Shown here piece by piece: positions 37,470 through 42,776 of a DNA stretch of 42,776 bases; the stretch's first letter is position 1, and each line of letters opens with the position of its first letter. A program made the position numbers and the translations under genes. The notes under the pieces are model-generated. The model made no database searches. It had not been told where the DNA came from and worked only from the letters and a program-made list of their open reading frames with translations. This DNA comes from Candidatus Bathyarchaeia archaeon (GTDB taxonomy: Archaea; Thermoproteota; Bathyarchaeia; Bathyarchaeales; Bathycorpusculaceae): assembly GCA_037481775.1 (NCBI GenBank), contig JBBFKZ010000006.1:1-42776 (forward strand). The letters run 5' to 3'.

Positions 37470-37805
37470 TTATTTTTCCACTTTTTCAATCTTGATTGAA
37501 ACTGTAGGCGATTCTCCCCTGACATACAATCCATTATCTTCAAGCATCTCTAACACAGCTTCTTCGGTAAGTTCATCCGTATAGTAAACCTCATCATCAA
37601 GTTCAAAATAACACACGACAACCCTCTCCCCATTCTTGATCGGACGCACATCCACCTTTAATCCTAACTGCTTTTCACCAGGATGCCAAAAACGCCCATA
37701 GATAAGAGTCTCTCTAACATACGACTCCGTTATTTCATTAAGATCATACTCGCTTTCATGAAAAACAAAAGTTATCGTTACCTTAGTTGCTGTTTTTCTG
37801 CTCAT
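37470..37805 (-). CDS. Acidic hypothetical protein with internal duplication
   Basis: ATG 37805 preceded by GGTGGGTGA; the longer track ORF extends into low-complexity DNA. Confidence 0.65.
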   Translation of the reverse strand: MSRKTATKVTITFVFHESEYDLNEITESYVRETLIYGRFWHPGEKQLGLKVDVRPIKNGERVVVCYFELDDEVYYTDELTEEAVLEMLEDNGLYVRGESPTVSIKIEKVEK

Positions 37806-38080
37806 TTCACCCACCTTACTCAAAGCTACAAGCCTTGCTACGTTAGATTGATCTTTCCGACGTAAATAATAAATAATTATCGCACAAAGCCAACAAACCC
37901 AGATAAAAACTAAACCATAAACCCACAAATCTACTACACCAAAAACCAAACAACCCAAAATAACCCCTTATCACCGCCCCAAACACAATAACCAAAATAC
38001 ACACCTCAAATACTTACCGAAAAATCATCAGTTTTTTAAAGCACACAAAATACCAAAAAATAATCCAAAAGGGGATAATA

Positions 38081-38797
38081 TTGGCTACGAAGACGCGAAC
38101 AAACATGTATGCTAACGTGAAAACATGGAACCCGTTTGTCGGCTGCAACCACGACTGCGTATACTGTGACGCATCTTTTCAGAGACAACTGAAACGTTGG
38201 GCAAAAAGCAACTGCAAAGCATGTTACAACTTCACCCCACACTACCACCCTGACAGGCTCCGGCGACTTCCAAGTGCCGAAACCATATTCGTCTGCGGCA
38301 ACGGCGACATAGCCTTCTGCGAAACAAGCTTCATAGAAAAGATAGTGGATAGGATAACGGAGCACTACGCCAGAAGCCCGGAGAAAACCTACTACTTCCA
38401 GAGCAAAAACTGGGCCAGCGCTTCCAGGCTACTGCCGCTCTTAGAGGATAAACCGTTCAACGCCATAATCCTGGAGACGCTTGAAACAAATAGGGACGAA
38501 GGCTACCGCCGCATATCAAAGGCGCCTATGCCAAGCCAGAGACACAAAACATTCCTCGAACTCAACCACCTCCGAAAAGTGATAACGGCTGAGCCACTAT
38601 TGGACTTCGACGTGGATGTCTTCTTTGAGATGATCGCCAAGACTGAGCCGGAATACGTGTGGATAGGCTACAACTCAAAGCCAGCGCTAATCAGCCTACC
38701 CGAACCCACGTTGGATAAGACCAAGCAGTTAATAAAGCTTTTAAAATCTAGCGGCCTCGAAGTGAGGGGTAAAGAACTCAGAGGACTTACTGTTTAA
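38081..38797 (+). CDS. Radical SAM protein, DUF5131 / phage Gp37-Gp68-like
   Basis: TWNPFVGCNHDCVYC, FQSKN, TLET, ITAEPLL, VWIG. Confidence 0.8.
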   Translation: MATKTRTNMYANVKTWNPFVGCNHDCVYCDASFQRQLKRWAKSNCKACYNFTPHYHPDRLRRLPSAETIFVCGNGDIAFCETSFIEKIVDRITEHYARSPEKTYYFQSKNWASASRLLPLLEDKPFNAIILETLETNRDEGYRRISKAPMPSQRHKTFLELNHLRKVITAEPLLDFDVDVFFEMIAKTEPEYVWIGYNSKPALISLPEPTLDKTKQLIKLLKSSGLEVRGKELRGLTV

Positions 38798-38845
38798 AAA
38801 ATTCATCCGAAGCATTCGAAAACACCCTAAAGAACTGAAAATTAT

Positions 38846-39430
38846 TTAGGATAAGGCCTTTCTCGCCTTTCGGGTTTTCCAAGCCTTTTTGGCAGGATTA
38901 TTTGCGGCTTGAAGAAAATTTGAACAATAAACGAGGCTACGACATGTTAATTCTAGCCTGTAAACGTATCCAATCCAATCAGTCGGCTCATTCATTGAAG
39001 CACTGCCCAGAATCAACAAAAACTCTTGATTAAAGTTAGCATCCCTTAAATACCCAAGTAACCTATTAGCTATGCTTTCTCCAGGAAACTCGTCATCGCC
39101 AACATATGTTATCAGCACCTTTAAAGGCGCAACAGTCTTCAGAAGACTTGGGATTTCCCTGTCCCAAACAGACGTTACATCATTTTCATGCTCAATAGCG
39201 ACTAAAATGCCCTCTGGAAACTTTTCCCACGTAAGGTCAACTCCATATACTCCTTCCTTCGTTATTTTAAAACCGAAATTCTTAGCCAATTCGCATAAGA
39301 AACCATCCTTTACATAAACCGTCCACGCAGCATCACTCAACGCTCGTTCATACTTATTTCTGTTCCTTTTCACATAATCCTGAAAACCACAAAAGAAATA
39401 TTTGTAGAACTCTTCGCCTGTAAATCTCAT
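38846..39430 (-). CDS. PD-(D/E)XK-like restriction endonuclease fold protein
   Basis: EGVYGVDLTW...VAIEHEND...LKVLITY. Confidence 0.62.
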   Translation of the reverse strand: MRFTGEEFYKYFFCGFQDYVKRNRNKYERALSDAAWTVYVKDGFLCELAKNFGFKITKEGVYGVDLTWEKFPEGILVAIEHENDVTSVWDREIPSLLKTVAPLKVLITYVGDDEFPGESIANRLLGYLRDANFNQEFLLILGSASMNEPTDWIGYVYRLELTCRSLVYCSNFLQAANNPAKKAWKTRKARKALS

Positions 39431-39886
39431 AACTCAAAACTCAGCTAGCAGCAATATATAAACAATTATGCTCATTTACCCATGCTAAAATTTGACCTAA
39501 AAATACGGGCCAAGCAATCATAAAGAAGACAGGGGACACAAAACTTCCAGTTAATTTTGATGGATCTGTGGTGAGAGGACATAAAAAGAAGGCGAAATTG
39601 AAATTTCTATGGTTAACCAGCTGCACATTATAAGCTTTTTAACGTTATCTACTCCATTATCAAACGCGGTGCACAATTCAAAATTTTTAACATTAAAATC
39701 GGTGAATAGCAGAGTGCAAACGAGGAAGGTATAAGTCGACGAGCAAACTGCGTCGAGTCACGACATAAAAAGTGGCAATTACTATAAGAACAGGCGAAGG
39801 CACGAAATATAAAGGAACATGCAACCAGCGCTGGTTTTCTGAAACTTTATATATTTGCAAGTGTTGGTTGCCCTTGGTGTTTTGAT

Positions 39887-41434
39887 ATGCAAAACTATTC
39901 AATAGAGTGGTTAAACGAGTTCCTAATAAAACGGGAATCGCAATACACAAATGTTTTCCTGTTTGAAACGTACGACATACAGCGCATAAACCAATTCATT
40001 TCTCTTGCCAAGGGCAAACTTGCGGAATTGCTCAAAACTGATTTCAAATTCTACCATTGGCGATTGCAAAAGGGCTATGTAGTGGATGCGGATGGCGTAA
40101 AGCTCGAAATAGAGCCGACAGTTGATACCTCAGAATTGCTGACTACGCAGACGAGCGTTCTGCTGATAAGCTATGCCTTTCTGAAGGAACATGTGGAACT
40201 CTTGTCTGAAGACCTTTTCGATTGGTCGCAATCGCAGGAATTATATCGCAAGGGAAGCACGGTGGTCGTGTTCTGTTCGGATGCGGGTCTGTTCAATGAA
40301 ACATTGAGGCGCATGTGCTACACAATAGCGGTCCCGCCGAGCCTTGAGGTTGAGCGCAGAAACTTGATGAAAAAATTGATTGATGACCTTGTAGCAGTTG
40401 CTAACATTAAGCTTGAACCGAGCGAGGAAATTGTGCAGGCTTCAGCAGGGCTTGATCTGCACAGCTTTCAAACGGCTTTCTTGGAAAGTGTAAGTCGTTA
40501 TGGCAAGTTGCAAACTTTGCCGTTTACGGAACACAAGAAAAACGTCTTGCGGAATTATGGGCTTGTGTTCGTGGAGCCAAAGATCGGTTTCGAGCAAGTT
40601 GGTGGCTATGCAAAGCTAAAGCAATACGTGAGCAACCGCATCATTTTGCCATTGAAGAATCCTGAAATCGCCAACTATTACGGTGTGGGCTTACCGAGGG
40701 GCATGATCTTCTATGGTCTTGCTGGAACAGGCAAGAGTTACTTTGCGGAGGCAATGGCAAAGGAATTGGGAATTGCAATGGTTCGCTTATCGCCGAGCGA
40801 CTTCTTCAGAGGCATTGTGGGAGAGAGCGAGTCGCGGGTGCGACAAATTACAAGGATGATTGAGATGCTTTCGCCTATAATGGTGTTCATGGATGAAGTG
40901 GATCAGATCGCGATGGCAAGGGACAAGATCGGTAGCGGGGACAGCGGAGTAACGAGGCGAGTTACCAATATGCTTCTTGAATGGCTTGGTCAAAGGACAC
41001 GCCAAAGTTTTCTCATAGGCGCGACAAACTTCCTCGAGGACATAGACTATGCCTTTATCCGTGCGGGTCGCATTGACGAGATTTGCCTTATTCCGCCGCC
41101 AGATTTTGAGGCTCGAAAGGAAATCCTTGAAGTGCATACTCAAAAACTGCGAAAGATTCCGCTTGCCAAAACGGTTGATCTTAATGCGCTTGCGAAGATG
41201 ACGGCTTGGTGGACAGGTGCGGAACTTGAAAAGCTGGCTTTGGATTCCGCGAGGATGGCGATGGAAGAAAAGGCGAAATTCGTGGAAATGAAGCATTTTG
41301 AAGCTACAATCAAGAGTCTTGAGGTAAATGGTCTTGAGCGGAAACAAAAACTTGAGCGAATGATTGCGGTTCTTAAGAAACTAGAAAATGTGAACATGCA
41401 CTTCCTCAATGAAACGTTGAAGATGATAATGTAG
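39887..41434 (+). CDS. AAA+ ATPase (degenerate N-terminal + intact C-terminal AAA; Ycf46/Cdc48-like)
   Basis: VGGYAKLK, GLAGTGKS, FMDEVD, GATN, RAGRIDE, WTGAELE. Confidence 0.9.
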   Translation: MQNYSIEWLNEFLIKRESQYTNVFLFETYDIQRINQFISLAKGKLAELLKTDFKFYHWRLQKGYVVDADGVKLEIEPTVDTSELLTTQTSVLLISYAFLKEHVELLSEDLFDWSQSQELYRKGSTVVVFCSDAGLFNETLRRMCYTIAVPPSLEVERRNLMKKLIDDLVAVANIKLEPSEEIVQASAGLDLHSFQTAFLESVSRYGKLQTLPFTEHKKNVLRNYGLVFVEPKIGFEQVGGYAKLKQYVSNRIILPLKNPEIANYYGVGLPRGMIFYGLAGTGKSYFAEAMAKELGIAMVRLSPSDFFRGIVGESESRVRQITRMIEMLSPIMVFMDEVDQIAMARDKIGSGDSGVTRRVTNMLLEWLGQRTRQSFLIGATNFLEDIDYAFIRAGRIDEICLIPPPDFEARKEILEVHTQKLRKIPLAKTVDLNALAKMTAWWTGAELEKLALDSARMAMEEKAKFVEMKHFEATIKSLEVNGLERKQKLERMIAVLKKLENVNMHFLNETLKMIM

Positions 41435-41579
41435 GCGGCAATTGTTAGGAATATTATTGCTCAGAGCACGTCATCGTAGTTATTGAATGATTGAATTGTA
41501 GAGGACCACCCCTCCAAAACCCTACTACAACACCATTGTAGCGCGCAAGTGTTTGTTCTAATTATAGTTTCAATCCTTG

Positions 41580-41931
41580 TTATGTTGGATTAGTCTTTTC
41601 GACCTTCCCCATTTAGCGTACTGGACAATTTGCTTTATGACAAGCCTAAAGTCATCTTTCGTGGAAGCCTTATATGGTTGACTGTTAATCCACGCTATGG
41701 CGTTCTCTACTTGGCTTCTGCTTATGGTTGAGGGGTCAAACGGGTGCTCCTCATGATGACGCAGAGGTGGTTCGCGTACTTGGTCAGTCGGCCATCTGAA
41801 AGGCCGAGAGCTTTTAAATGATCAATAAAGGCTAAAAGCGCCTGTCCGTTAGCAAGCCTTGAAAGCCGTAGCTTAGCCGCCTCAAGTCTCCTATCATAAT
41901 CATGTATCACGGTGGTCCCGCAAATGTCCAT
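41580..41931 (-). pseudogene. Tyrosine integrase N-terminal remnant (frameshifted, truncated)
   Basis: IHDYDRRLE...FIDHLKALGLSDGRLTKY, then in another frame RSQVENAIAWINSQPYKASTKDDFRLVIKQIVQYAK; no catalytic domain follows. Confidence 0.7.
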
Positions 41932-41984
41932 ACGTCTACATTTAAAAAAGGCAGGAATGGCCAGTGCACCAGAACTAGTGGTGA

Positions 41985-42061
41985 TGGTGCGGTCGCCGGG
42001 ATTTGAACCCGGGTCGTCAGCGTGGGAGGCTGATGTCCTAGCCAAACTAGACTACGACCGC
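41985..42061 (-). tRNA. tRNA-Gly (CCC)
   Basis: Acceptor stem GCGGTCG/CGACCGC + ACCA; anticodon arm TCAGC-CTCCCAC-GCTGA; T loop GGTTCAAATCC. Confidence 0.97.
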
Positions 42062-42176
42062 AATTGCACACTTAAACATGCACATATTAAACTTAAACTT
42101 TTATCCCGCAAGTCGAACAGCAACTATTATCTGCTACCATCACGAAAGAAGTAGCAACAGGAGAACCAGACGCGCC

Positions 42177-42776
42177 ATGGTTAAAAACTTTACTTACGCA
42201 GATGCTGGCGTGAACCGCGAGCAACGCGCAGAATCCAAGAAAGCCCTAAAGCGACTGCAGGAAACCTACAGGTACAGCCGCCAAGGCGCAGTGCTGCAGC
42301 TGCCCTACGGCAACATATTCCCGATTAGCGAAGACGCTTATTTGGACTTGGTCATCGAGGGCGTCGGCACCAAGGTGCTGCTGGCGCAGCTGGCAGGCAA
42401 ATACGATACAATAGGCGTTGACGCCGTTGCCATGGCGGTTAACGACGTGATACGCTCAGGCGCCACGCCGCTTGCATTAGCCGACAACATTCACGCGCAA
42501 GTCAGCGACCCCGCGCTTGTGCGGCAGTGGCTCGAGGGAATCGCCCGCGGCGCAGAGGAAGCGGAATGCCCTGTCACAAGCGGAGAAATAGGCGACGTAG
42601 CTGAACTCATCAAGGGCATTGCGGAGGGCAAAGGCTTCGACATGATTGTCGCTGCCATAGGCAGAGTGGAAAAGCCTCGAATAATCACTGGTGAGGGCAT
42701 CAAGGCAGGCGACCCGATAATAGGCTTGAGAAGTAGCGGTCTACACAGCAACGGCATAACCCTTGCACGGAAAATT
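42177..42776 (+). CDS. purM: Phosphoribosylformylglycinamidine cyclo-ligase (AIR synthase), runs off the right edge
   Basis: TYADAGVN, EGVGTK, DTIGVDAVAMAVND, SSGLHSNG. Confidence 0.92.
   Translation, partial: MVKNFTYADAGVNREQRAESKKALKRLQETYRYSRQGAVLQLPYGNIFPISEDAYLDLVIEGVGTKVLLAQLAGKYDTIGVDAVAMAVNDVIRSGATPLALADNIHAQVSDPALVRQWLEGIARGAEEAECPVTSGEIGDVAELIKGIAEGKGFDMIVAAIGRVEKPRIITGEGIKAGDPIIGLRSSGLHSNGITLARKI

Larger units (their letters stand above)
36381..42009. mobile_element. Decayed ~5.6 kb integrated element in tRNA-Gly
   Basis: Bounded by the tRNA 3' end and its degenerate copy; integrase remnant next to the tRNA. Confidence 0.8.

Noticed and set aside
41675-41702. GACTGTTAATCCACGC resembling dif-like site A
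   Set aside because: No right arm, and it lies in the coding remnant (AWINSQ) of the dead integrase.
41722-42154. ORFs spanning the tRNA, suggesting an SSV-type split integrase
   Set aside because: The integrase-like sequence starts downstream of the tRNA and no complementary fragment is seen at 36381; the overlap is incidental.
42491-42757. Minus-strand 88-aa ORF
   Set aside because: Antisense shadow of purM.

Overview
Archaeal chromosomal window; gene content and style suggest Bathyarchaeia or similar, which is an inference. Left end: leuS, then a cluster of an atypical polyprenyl-synthase-fold gene, an unannotated 13-codon Trp-ending peptide gene with its own promoter, RBS and terminator, an IS481-like element with a nonsense-inactivated transposase, an MFS transporter and a radical SAM/SPASM gene. 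A ~21.6 kb integrative element (7101-28723) sits in the last codons of the radical SAM gene. It encodes a tyrosine integrase, a primase-helicase replicon, a divergent regulatory switch, nuclease and membrane cargo genes, a 15-repeat CRISPR array and a complete type I-A-like cas locus. Its cargo region is punctuated by six dif-like 11-6-11 palindromic sites, two pairs of which share spacers. To the right: a frameshifted multi-PAS histidine kinase, housekeeping genes, a decayed ~5.6 kb element in tRNA-Gly(CCC) and the start of purM. Best candidates for undescribed systems: (1) a ComQ/ComX-like prenylated-peptide locus in an archaeon, and (2) a dif-module-like cassette array that appears to include a whole CRISPR-Cas system as one cassette. 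All calls are from reading the sequence by eye; no searches were run.
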